Positions 9,837 through 19,288 of a stretch of DNA of 64,000 bases are shown one piece after another. The position numbers and the translations under genes were made by a program. Every line of letters starts with the position of its first letter. The stretch's first letter is position 1. The DNA is from Sandaracinaceae bacterium (GTDB lineage Bacteria; Myxococcota_A; Polyangia; Polyangiales; Houyiibacteriaceae). The DNA lies in NCBI GenBank assembly GCA_020633075.1, contig JACKEI010000003.1, forward strand, positions 525,472 to 589,471, written 5' to 3'. A model generated the notes under the pieces. That model searched no databases, had not been told where the DNA came from, and was given only the letters and a program-made list of their open reading frames with translations.

Positions 9837-11474
9837 ATGAGTCAGGTCCCCGACATGCAGCAACCCACCCGCGTCGCCACGCTCTCGAAGCTCGCGGATC
9901 GCAAGCCAGCCTACGCGTTGGTCGCGGACGTGGACCTGGTGGTGGTCCGCTACGACGAGCAGGTGAGCGTGCTCTACGGGCGCTGCCTGCACCGCGGCGC
10001 GCTCATGTCCGACGGTCACGTGGACGGCGACAACCTGATCTGCGGGCTGCACGGCTGGGACTACCGCGTGGACACGGGCGTGAGCGCCTACGACAACAGC
10101 GAGGCTCTGCATCGCTTCGCGGCCCGCGTGGACCACGGCGCAGACGCTGTGTGGGTGGACGAGGCCGAGGTGCGCGCGTTCGCAGCCGAGCACCCCCAGC
10201 CCTTCGACCGCAAGACCTACCTGGGCCTCTATCAGGATCCGCACGGCACGCCCGAGGAGCCCTTCAACGCGCACATCCAGGAGCTGGCGCGCGACGGTCA
10301 CCACAAGACGGGGCACCACGGGGCGGCAGCCGCGATGGGCGTCCCGCTGACGGAGCTGCCGCGCTGGTCCGACATCCAGCTGCTCACGGCCCAGCTCGCC
10401 ACGCGCCCGCTGATGGAGGACGAGCCGGTGGACACCACGCTGGTGATCGGGCCGCGGGCGAAGAAGCCGCTCACGCTGAGCATCCCCCTCTTCGTGAGCG
10501 ACATGAGCTACGGCGCGCTCAGTGAGGAGGCCAAGGTGGCGCTCGCCAAGGGGGCGCAGCTGGCGGGCACGGGTATCTGCAGCGGCGAGGGGGGCATGCT
10601 GCCCGAGGAGCAGGCCAGCAACAGCCGCTACTTCTACGAGCTGGCCTCGGCGAAGTTCGGCTGGGACATCGAGAAGGTGCGGCGCGTGCAGGCCTTTCAC
10701 TTCAAGGGAGGGCAGGGGGCCAAGACGGGCACGGGGGGTCACCTGCCGGGCAAGAAGGTCAGCGAGAAGATCGCCGCCGTACGAGGGCTCGCGGCGGGGC
10801 AGCCCGCCATCAGCCCGCCTACCTTCCCGGACCTGCGCACCGTGGACGACTTCAAGCGCGTGGCCGAGGAGGTGCGCGAGGTCTCGGGCGGCATCCCCAT
10901 CGGCTTCAAGCTCAGCGCGCAGCACATCGAGCGGGACCTCGACTTCGCGCTCGACGTGGGCGCCGACTACATCATCCTGGACGGCCGCGGCGGGGCGACG
11001 GGGGCCGCGCCCACCATCTTTCGGGACAACATCTCCGTGCCCACCATGGTCGCGCTCGCGCGGGCGCGCCGCTACCTGGACGTGCGGCAGGCGTCCGACG
11101 TGACGCTCATCATCACGGGCGGCCTGCGCACCGAGGCCGACTTCGTCAAAGCCCTCGCGTTGGGCGCGGACGGGGTGGCGGTGTCCAACGCGGCGCTGCA
11201 GGCCATTGGCTGCCTGGGCATGCGCGCCTGCCACACCAACAACTGCCCGGTGGGCATCGCCACCCAGCAGGACCACCTGCGACGCCGCCTCGAGATCGAC
11301 AAGTCCGCCGCGCGCCTGGCCCGCTACTTCGAGGCCACCGTGGAGCTCATGCAGGTGCTGGCCCGCGCCTGCGGCCACCACGCCCTGCGCGACTTCGAGC
11401 TGGACGACCTGACCACCTGGAAGCGCGACATCGCCGAGCTCACCGGCGTGCCCTACGGCGGCGTGCAGCGCTAG
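9837..11474 (+). CDS. Rieske [2Fe-2S] domain fused to a glutamate-synthase-related FMN-binding (GltS domain-2-like) protein
   Basis: N-terminal CLH-x16-CGLH Rieske motif (nt 9984-10052). The remaining ~420 aa resembles the Glu_synthase FMN barrel (GEGGMLPEE, KGGQGAKTGTGGHLPG, ILDGRGGATGAAP, CHTNNCPVGIATQ). Confidence 0.85.
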   Translation: MSQVPDMQQPTRVATLSKLADRKPAYALVADVDLVVVRYDEQVSVLYGRCLHRGALMSDGHVDGDNLICGLHGWDYRVDTGVSAYDNSEALHRFAARVDHGADAVWVDEAEVRAFAAEHPQPFDRKTYLGLYQDPHGTPEEPFNAHIQELARDGHHKTGHHGAAAAMGVPLTELPRWSDIQLLTAQLATRPLMEDEPVDTTLVIGPRAKKPLTLSIPLFVSDMSYGALSEEAKVALAKGAQLAGTGICSGEGGMLPEEQASNSRYFYELASAKFGWDIEKVRRVQAFHFKGGQGAKTGTGGHLPGKKVSEKIAAVRGLAAGQPAISPPTFPDLRTVDDFKRVAEEVREVSGGIPIGFKLSAQHIERDLDFALDVGADYIILDGRGGATGAAPTIFRDNISVPTMVALARARRYLDVRQASDVTLIITGGLRTEADFVKALALGADGVAVSNAALQAIGCLGMRACHTNNCPVGIATQQDHLRRRLEIDKSAARLARYFEATVELMQVLARACGHHALRDFELDDLTTWKRDIAELTGVPYGGVQR

Positions 11475-11558
11475 AGCGGGGCCGCCACGAAGAACGCCCC
11501 ACCGGCACACAGCCAGCGGGGCGTCGTTCGTGCAGCGCGGCGTGACCCGCGCCGGGGC

Positions 11559-13000
<1,442 letters not shown>

Positions 13001-13001
<1 letters not shown>

Positions 13002-13294
13002 CAGCTCTTCTTCTTTTTCTTGTCGAACATCGCCATCATGCGGTCCGTCACCATGAAGCCGCCGACCACGTTGATGGTGGCGAGGGCCACGGCCAGGCCG
13101 CCGAGGATGTTGGAGATCGTCGGATCTGCCGTCTGGGCGGTGGCGAACGAGCCGATGAGCGTGATGCCGCTGATCGCGTTCGCGCCGCTCATGAGGGGCG
13201 TGTGGAGCGTCGGCGGGACCTTGTTGATGATCTCGAAGCCGACGAAGCTGGCGAGCACGAAGACGTACACGCCGATGAGAAGAGTACCGGTCAT
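13001..13294 (-). CDS. pntAB: NAD(P) transhydrogenase subunit alpha, part 2 (membrane segment)
   Basis: 97-aa hydrophobic protein (TLHTPLMSGANAISGI). Stop overlaps the pntB start by 1 nt; start overlaps the pntAA stop by 4 nt. Confidence 0.9.
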
Positions 13295-14454
13295 GATTGG
13301 GCTCCTGTAAGGGCCTGCTGCGTGGGGGCGTGGCGGACCTTGCCGTCGTGCGTCAGCAGCGCGCCGTCGATGATCTCGTCCTCGAGGTCCAGCTTGATCT
13401 CGCCGCCCTTTCCGAAGAGCAGCAGCAGCGTCTGGACGTTGCGGGCGTACATGAGGCTCGCGTCCAGCGGCAGGGTGCCCGGCAGGTTCGGGTGGGCGAT
13501 GATGGTGACGCCGTGCTTGACGGTCTCGCCCGGCTCGCTGAGCTCGCAGTTGCCGCCGGCCGTGATGGCCATGTCCACGATGACCGCGCCCTCGCGCATC
13601 TCCTCGACCATGTCGGCCGTGATGAGCTTCGGGGCCGGACGGCCAGGGATCAGCGCGGTGGTGATGACCACGTCGGCCTCCAGCACCCGCTTGCGCACGA
13701 CGGCTTGCTGCGCCTTCAGCTGCTCCGGGGTGAGCTCGCGGGCGTAGCCTCCCTGGCCCTCGCCGCTCTCGTCCATGGGGAAGTCGATGAACTTGCCGCC
13801 CAGCGACTCGACCTGCTCCTTGACGGCCGGTCGCACGTCGCTGACCTCCACGATGGCGCCCAGGCGGCGCGCCGTGGCGATGGCCTGCAGGCCGGCGACA
13901 CCTGCGCCCATGATCACGAAGCGCGCCGGCTGGATGGTGCCCGCGGCGGTCATCAGGAGGGGGCAGTACTTGTCCAGCTTGGCGGCCGCGAGGAGCACGG
14001 CCTTGTAGCCGCCGATGGAGGCCTGCGAGCTGAGCGCGTCCATGCTCTGCGCGCGGCTGATGCGCGGCACCAGCTCCATGGCCAGCGCGCTGACCTTGCG
14101 GTCGCGCAGCTTGGCCACGCCCGCGAGCTCCTGGTGGGGGTTGGCGAAGCTGATCAGCACCGCGCCCTCGCGCATGGCGTCGGCCTCGTGCCCGCCCACG
14201 GACTCGTTGGGGCCCACGGGCGCCACCTTGACGACCACGTCGGCCTCGGCCCAGCCCGCCTTGACGGCGTCGCCGCTGACGACCTTCGCGCCTGCGGCCT
14301 CGTACTGAGAGTCCACGAAGGAAGCGCGCCGACCGGCGCCGGTCTCGACGACGACCTCGAAGCCTTCCTTGACCAGCCGCTTCACCGTTTCGGGGCTTGC
14401 GGCGACGCGCGTCTCGCCTTCCGCGCGCTCCTTGGGGACGAACACCTTTGCCAT
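13291..14454 (-). CDS. pntAA: NAD(P) transhydrogenase subunit alpha, part 1 (dI, NAD(H)-binding)
   Basis: MAKVFVPKERAEGETRVAASPETVKRL..., Rossmann VIMGAGVAGLQAIATARRLGA. Start at ATG 14454 with AAAGGAA upstream. The track ORF extends to 14580. Confidence 0.9.
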   Translation of the reverse strand: MAKVFVPKERAEGETRVAASPETVKRLVKEGFEVVVETGAGRRASFVDSQYEAAGAKVVSGDAVKAGWAEADVVVKVAPVGPNESVGGHEADAMREGAVLISFANPHQELAGVAKLRDRKVSALAMELVPRISRAQSMDALSSQASIGGYKAVLLAAAKLDKYCPLLMTAAGTIQPARFVIMGAGVAGLQAIATARRLGAIVEVSDVRPAVKEQVESLGGKFIDFPMDESGEGQGGYARELTPEQLKAQQAVVRKRVLEADVVITTALIPGRPAPKLITADMVEEMREGAVIVDMAITAGGNCELSEPGETVKHGVTIIAHPNLPGTLPLDASLMYARNVQTLLLLFGKGGEIKLDLEDEIIDGALLTHDGKVRHAPTQQALTGAQS

Positions 14455-14692
14455 CGCGATTCCTTTTGTCCGTTTCGGGGAGACGTTCCGGGGGTCTCCC
14501 TCCCGTTCGTCAGCCGTCGTCATGTCGACGCACTCACAGGTCTCTGGTCGGGCCCCACGCAGTGTGGGTGCCCGGCGCACACGAGGCTTAGGCGGGGATC
14601 CGGGTTCTGTCCAGCGGACGAAGCCCGGAATGCTCCCCCCACGCGGCCGCCCGACCGGGTTACGCTCCTCGGAGGGTCCAGGTGGTGGGTGG

Positions 14693-17446
14693 CTACCAGC
14701 CCAGGCTCAGGCCCGTCGTGTCGATGCCGTGCGCATCCAGGATCGTGACGGGGTCGTAGACGAAGGGGCTCGCGCCGAAGTTGATGGTCTCGTCGTAGCT
14801 GCCGGGGGCCGTGTCGAGCGGGTTCCCGTAGAGCATCGGGTAGACCTCGGTCCACACGTCGTCGAGCACCACCTCGTAGTGCAGCACGTCGTCCACGATG
14901 ACGTAGACCGTGGGGTGTTCGGCGCGGTAGTCCACCACCACGCCGTAGGTGTCGAAGCCGCTCGCCGGGCCCGGGAAGCTGGCCTTGGGGATCAGGTTGC
15001 GCCAGCTGCCCCCCAGCACGTTGATGGCCACGCTCTGGGGCACGTCGCTCCACCCGAAGGGGTTCAGGTTGCCGGGGCCGGTCACCAGGCCGCCGCCCAT
15101 GTTCTCGGGGGCGTGCGCGCGCGAGAACTCGAAGTACGCGAAGCAGCCGTAGCAGCCCTGGTTCGCGCGGATGCCCATCTTGCCCAGCCCCGTCCAGCGC
15201 ACCTGCGTGGCGGTGGCGTCCAGCACCACGCCCGCTCCGGTGAGGGGGTCGTGCACCAGCTGCACGGTCGTGAACGACGGCAGCGGGGTGGTCACGCTCA
15301 CGCGCACCACCTGCTCCGTCACCTGCCCGGCAGAGTCGACGACGCGCGCTCGCGCGGGGTGGACGCCGACGCCCGACGCCGTGAACGTGAACGACGTGCC
15401 GCTGCCCGCCACGCGGGCGTCGTAGTAGGGCGAGGAGAGCAGCTCCCACTCGATCTCGGCGCTCAGGTCGCCGTCCTCGGCGTCGAGTGCGCTGGCCGTG
15501 ACGGTCACCATGGCGCCGCTGCCGACCGCTTGATCGGCGGAGACCGTCAGCACGGGGGCCGCGTCGGGGGGGCCAGCGTACGTGCTGCCCCAGCCCATGA
15601 TCAGCTCGTCGGCCGTGTCCCCGAAGCCCGCGGCACGCAACAGCGCGTCGGGGTCGTAGTGGAAGGGGAAGGTGGTGGTGTCGTTGCCGGGGTTGATCTC
15701 GATCTCGGGGCCCACCACCGTGCGCAGGCCCGCCGCCAGGATGAACACCGGCGTGGTGACCGCGCTCATCGTCAGGGTGCGGGCGATGCGTGGGCGGATG
15801 GCCAGGACGTTCCAGTCGAAGTCACGCACGATGGCGTGCACGACGGGGTTCGCTCCACGGTAGTCCACGACCATCCCGTAGTACTCGGTCTCCTCGGCGT
15901 CGAAGAGGCCCTGGAAGGCGTTGGCGTAGTCGATGCCGCCCGTCGCCGTGACGCCGAAGGCCTGGTCCGACGTACCCACGCTCGCGCCGTTCAGGTCGTG
16001 GAGGGCGCTGCACACGCCCACGCCGTAGGGACCCAACTCGTCCGTGGTGCGGTGCCCCTCGAAGTAGAACACGCCCGCGCCCGGAGGGATGGACACGTCC
16101 GAGCGCACGCCCCCGAAGTCGAGGTCGAGGTCCGCCGCGAGCAGGTCGTAGTCGCGCAGGCGCACGTCCGGGTCACGGTCCGCGGGGTTCAAGCGCACCA
16201 CGGCGTGGCCCTCGAAGCTGGCGGAGAGCGTGCGGGTCGCGCTCACGGTGATGCTGCAGGTGCCCACGCCGCTGCACGCGCCTCCGCTGTCGCTCCAGCC
16301 CAAGAAGGTGGATCCCGGCTCGGGTTCAGCCGTGAAGGTGACGAGCTCGCCGTGCGCGAAGCTGGCCACGCACGCGCTGCCGCAGTCCACGCCCGCTGGC
16401 GTGGACGTCACCCTGCCGAGGCCACCCCGCACGCTCGCCACGCTCACCGTGTGCGCGTAGGTGTTGCGGGTGAAGGTCGCGGTGATCGTGACGTCGTTCG
16501 TGAGCGTGAGGCTGCACGCGCCGCCAACGCAGTCGCCCGTGAAGCCGCTGAAAGTCGAGCCGGCGGCGGGGTTGGCGACCACATTCAGCGCGGCGCCGTA
16601 GACCAGGTCGAGCGCGCAGTCGCCCGCGCACGCTTCGCCCCCGACGCTGAGGCTGCCTTCCCCGTCGCCCGCCCGCGTGACCGCTACGTGCAGCGGGCGT
16701 GGCGCGAAGCTGGCGCTCACGGCCTGGTGGGTGGTCATCGTGAAGGTGCAGGTCGGTTCGCTGCCGGCGGCCGTGCACGCCCCTCCCCACGCCCCGGTGG
16801 TGTAGCCCAGCGCGGGGCTGCCGTGCAGCGTCACCTCGCTGCCGTGCGGGACGCGCACGCGGCAGGTGCCCTCGCAGTCGAGAGGACCGACCTCCGACGT
16901 GACGCGGCCGGCGCCGGTGACCGTGAGGTCCAGGTCGTAGGTGCGCTGTGCGAACGTGGCCACCACGATCGCGACCCCGTCGAGGGCGAGCTCGCACTCG
17001 GCGTCGGCGCCCTGGCAGGCCCCGCTCCACCCGACGAAGTCCGCACCGTCGGCGCTGACGGCGCGTAGGGTCAGGGTCTGCGCGCCGTCGTACGTCTGGA
17101 CGCACACCTGCTCGCAGTCGGTGGCCGGAGCGCTGAGCGAGACGTGCCCGGCGCCGCTCCCGGCCGTAATGACGGTCAGGGCGTGCGCGGGCGGTGGAGG
17201 CCCCAGGTCCCCGGTCGCTCCCACGTCCGCGGCTCCCGCGTCTGCCGCGCCCACGTCGGTGGCTCCCGCGTCATCGGCGACGGAGAGATCGTCGCCCGCA
17301 CCGGCGTCGCCGCCGTCCGTGACGGGACCGACGTCGCGCGGGCTCGCGTCCACCCCGGCGTCATGGCCGCCGCCGTCCGTGACCGGCGGGGTCCCCCCGC
17401 AGCCGGCCGCAGCGATCATCAACCATCCGAGTGTGAGCTGCCGCAT
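14693..17446 (-). CDS. Large secreted lipoprotein: 4 InlB-B-repeat-like Cys modules + SPRY-like domain + Ig/PKD-like module + second SPRY-like domain
   Basis: 917 aa. Lipobox MIAAAGCGG. Four ~80-aa tandem repeats with the conserved C-x2-3-C ... G(W/F)xGxC ... C pattern. Two regions with SPRY/B30.2-like strands (VFYFEGH..., YGMVVDYRGANPVVHAIV; AYFEFSRAH..., YGVVVDYRAEHPTVYVIVDD). Confidence 0.8.
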   Translation of the reverse strand: MRQLTLGWLMIAAAGCGGTPPVTDGGGHDAGVDASPRDVGPVTDGGDAGAGDDLSVADDAGATDVGAADAGAADVGATGDLGPPPPAHALTVITAGSGAGHVSLSAPATDCEQVCVQTYDGAQTLTLRAVSADGADFVGWSGACQGADAECELALDGVAIVVATFAQRTYDLDLTVTGAGRVTSEVGPLDCEGTCRVRVPHGSEVTLHGSPALGYTTGAWGGACTAAGSEPTCTFTMTTHQAVSASFAPRPLHVAVTRAGDGEGSLSVGGEACAGDCALDLVYGAALNVVANPAAGSTFSGFTGDCVGGACSLTLTNDVTITATFTRNTYAHTVSVASVRGGLGRVTSTPAGVDCGSACVASFAHGELVTFTAEPEPGSTFLGWSDSGGACSGVGTCSITVSATRTLSASFEGHAVVRLNPADRDPDVRLRDYDLLAADLDLDFGGVRSDVSIPPGAGVFYFEGHRTTDELGPYGVGVCSALHDLNGASVGTSDQAFGVTATGGIDYANAFQGLFDAEETEYYGMVVDYRGANPVVHAIVRDFDWNVLAIRPRIARTLTMSAVTTPVFILAAGLRTVVGPEIEINPGNDTTTFPFHYDPDALLRAAGFGDTADELIMGWGSTYAGPPDAAPVLTVSADQAVGSGAMVTVTASALDAEDGDLSAEIEWELLSSPYYDARVAGSGTSFTFTASGVGVHPARARVVDSAGQVTEQVVRVSVTTPLPSFTTVQLVHDPLTGAGVVLDATATQVRWTGLGKMGIRANQGCYGCFAYFEFSRAHAPENMGGGLVTGPGNLNPFGWSDVPQSVAINVLGGSWRNLIPKASFPGPASGFDTYGVVVDYRAEHPTVYVIVDDVLHYEVVLDDVWTEVYPMLYGNPLDTAPGSYDETINFGASPFVYDPVTILDAHGIDTTGLSLGW
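16211..17185 (-). repeat. Four tandem ~80-codon repeats inside the 917-aa lipoprotein gene (divergent InlB B-repeat-like)
   Basis: Residues ~88-412. Each unit has DC-x2-C early and (F/A)xGWxGxC...C late (DCEQVC/GWSGACQGADAEC, DCEGTC/GAWGGACTAAGSEPTC, ACAGDC/GFTGDCVGGAC, DCGSAC/GWSDSGGACSGVGTC). Diverged at the DNA level. Confidence 0.7.
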
Positions 17447-17602
17447 GTCGTCCTCCTAGAGTTCGAATGCAGCGCTATGGCTTGATTCCCATGTGTGTGC
17501 AACCGCCTACCATGGCGCTCATGTGCCCACCTCGGGCCACACTCGCGCGCACTCCCGCTTCGAGCCGCGAAGAAGCCCGTGGGCGGCTGCTAGAGTCCCC
17601 CG

Positions 17603-19288
17603 GTGTCTGCCGAGCTGCACAGCCATGCGCGCGCCGCCGATCGCGGGATGTCTGCGGAGGTTCGCGCGCTCTCGACGCGCGTGATCGACCCACGCGCCGC
17701 GGCCAAGGGCTTCGTGCTGGTGGCGCTGCTGGGCGCGCCGCTCCTGTGGTGGCTGGCCGAGTCCCTCTGGGTCGGCGCCGACCGCGCGACGGACGCCTCT
17801 CGGGCGCTCACCCACTTCGCGGACCCCGAACCCCCTCCGCCAGTGCCCGGCTCGGAGGGTGGCGTGCGGCCCATCGCGCTGCTCCTGGTGGACGGCCTGC
17901 GTGTGGACGAGGCCGAGCGCCTGCCCGCGATGCGGGCCTTCGCGGCAGGCGGACGGCACGGGACCCTGCGCTACCCGCGGCCGACGCTCTCGACGGGGGC
18001 CTACCACGCGCTGGTGACGGGCACCGCGAACCACCTGTCCGGCGTCGCGACCAACCGCTACCACCGGACGTCCAACGGGGCCGTCGCCCGCCTGGACACG
18101 CTGGCCGATCGGGTGCGCGCGCTGGGCGGTCGGCAGCGCTACCTCGCCGAGGACCTGGACTGGCTCCTGCAGCTGCTCACGCCCGTTCGGGCGGATCGCG
18201 AGCTGCACGTAGGGCGTGCCTTCGACGAGGCCGCCGCGCGTGCCTTCCACGACTTCGCGCGCGAGGCGACGCCCGGCCTGTTGGTGGCCCACCTGCTCGC
18301 GGTGGACGAGAGCGCCCACGAGGGCGGCGTGCATTCTCAGGCCCACCAGGACGCCCTCTCGCGCGCAGACGCGCTGATCGCGGCCCTGCTGGAGGCGCAG
18401 CGTCGGCAGCCGGCGCTGGTGGCGCTGGTGCTGGCGGACCACGGCCACTTGGAGGTCGGCGGGCACGGCGGCGACGAGGACGAGGTGACCCACGCGCCCT
18501 TCGCACTGCGCGGGCCGGAGGGGGCCCTCGGCGCGGCCACCACACCCGACGCGGAGCTGCCGCCCGAGTGCATTCCTCGGCTCCTCTCCCTCGCCAGCGG
18601 CCTGCCGACGCCGCGCTCCGCGACCTGTACCCGCTTCGACGCGCTGCCGGGCTCGTCCCTGCTCGCGCGGGCCGCTTACGCCGAGGACGCCGCGCGGCAG
18701 ACGCGCCTCGTCCACGAGGTGTACGCGGTGGGGTGGCTCGCGCTCGCCATGCTGCTCGCCCTGATGGGGCTCGGCGCCACCAAGCGCAGCTTCTCGGGCT
18801 TGGACGCGGGCAGCGTGCTCGCGCCCCTCGTGTGGCTGGGCGGCGTGGCGCTCCTGCACCTGGTCGTGTTGGGCCGCCCGCTGACCCTGAGCGCCATTCA
18901 CCTGGTCACGCCGCACCTCTTCGGTGTGGGCGTGCTCGGCGCGCTGACGGGGGCGCTCGGGATCGCCGTCGGCGCAGCGGTGGCCGTCTTTCGTGGGCGG
19001 CCGGCGACGGACCCCAGGCTCGCGCTGAGGCGCGCGGCGGGGGCCCTGGTGTGGGCCTCGATCGTGAGCTTCGCGCTCTCCTGGGCCCGCATCGGAGGGT
19101 CCTACTCCCCTTGGCCCCCCACCGCGTTCGCCGCCTATGCGCCTGTTTTCCTGGCCGCGGCGGGCATCGGGGCGCTCTTGGTAGCGGCCGCGACCTTACT
19201 GGCGACCGTAGCCAAACGGGAGGTTTCGTACTATGAGCGGCCCACGGCAGACGGGGCACCGGCGCCCGGCCCAGGAGACATCACGTGA
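17603..19288 (+). CDS. Integral-membrane alkaline-phosphatase-superfamily protein (type I phosphodiesterase/nucleotide pyrophosphatase-like catalytic domain)
   Basis: N-terminal TM helix, catalytic-core-like LLLVDGLRVDE...PTLSTGAYHALVTG...DESAHEGG...LADHGH, then ~6 C-terminal TM helices. Non-ATG start (GTG). Stop overlaps the tkt start (GTGA). Confidence 0.7.
   Translation: MSAELHSHARAADRGMSAEVRALSTRVIDPRAAAKGFVLVALLGAPLLWWLAESLWVGADRATDASRALTHFADPEPPPPVPGSEGGVRPIALLLVDGLRVDEAERLPAMRAFAAGGRHGTLRYPRPTLSTGAYHALVTGTANHLSGVATNRYHRTSNGAVARLDTLADRVRALGGRQRYLAEDLDWLLQLLTPVRADRELHVGRAFDEAAARAFHDFAREATPGLLVAHLLAVDESAHEGGVHSQAHQDALSRADALIAALLEAQRRQPALVALVLADHGHLEVGGHGGDEDEVTHAPFALRGPEGALGAATTPDAELPPECIPRLLSLASGLPTPRSATCTRFDALPGSSLLARAAYAEDAARQTRLVHEVYAVGWLALAMLLALMGLGATKRSFSGLDAGSVLAPLVWLGGVALLHLVVLGRPLTLSAIHLVTPHLFGVGVLGALTGALGIAVGAAVAVFRGRPATDPRLALRRAAGALVWASIVSFALSWARIGGSYSPWPPTAFAAYAPVFLAAAGIGALLVAAATLLATVAKREVSYYERPTADGAPAPGPGDIT

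Noticed and set aside
11494-11524. Possible bidirectional terminator between the convergent Rieske/GltS and pntB genes (ACGCCCC-N17-GGGGCGT).
   Set aside because: It has only a 7-bp stem with a 17-nt loop and no T-tract on either strand. That is too weak to call.
17180-17300. Repetitive GACGTGGG/GCGGGAGCC-type stretch near the 5' end of the 917-aa lipoprotein gene.
   Set aside because: It encodes a low-complexity D/A/G/V spacer (DAGATDVGAADAGAADVGATGD) after the lipobox. There is no spacer-repeat periodicity or palindromes suggestive of CRISPR or an RNA element.
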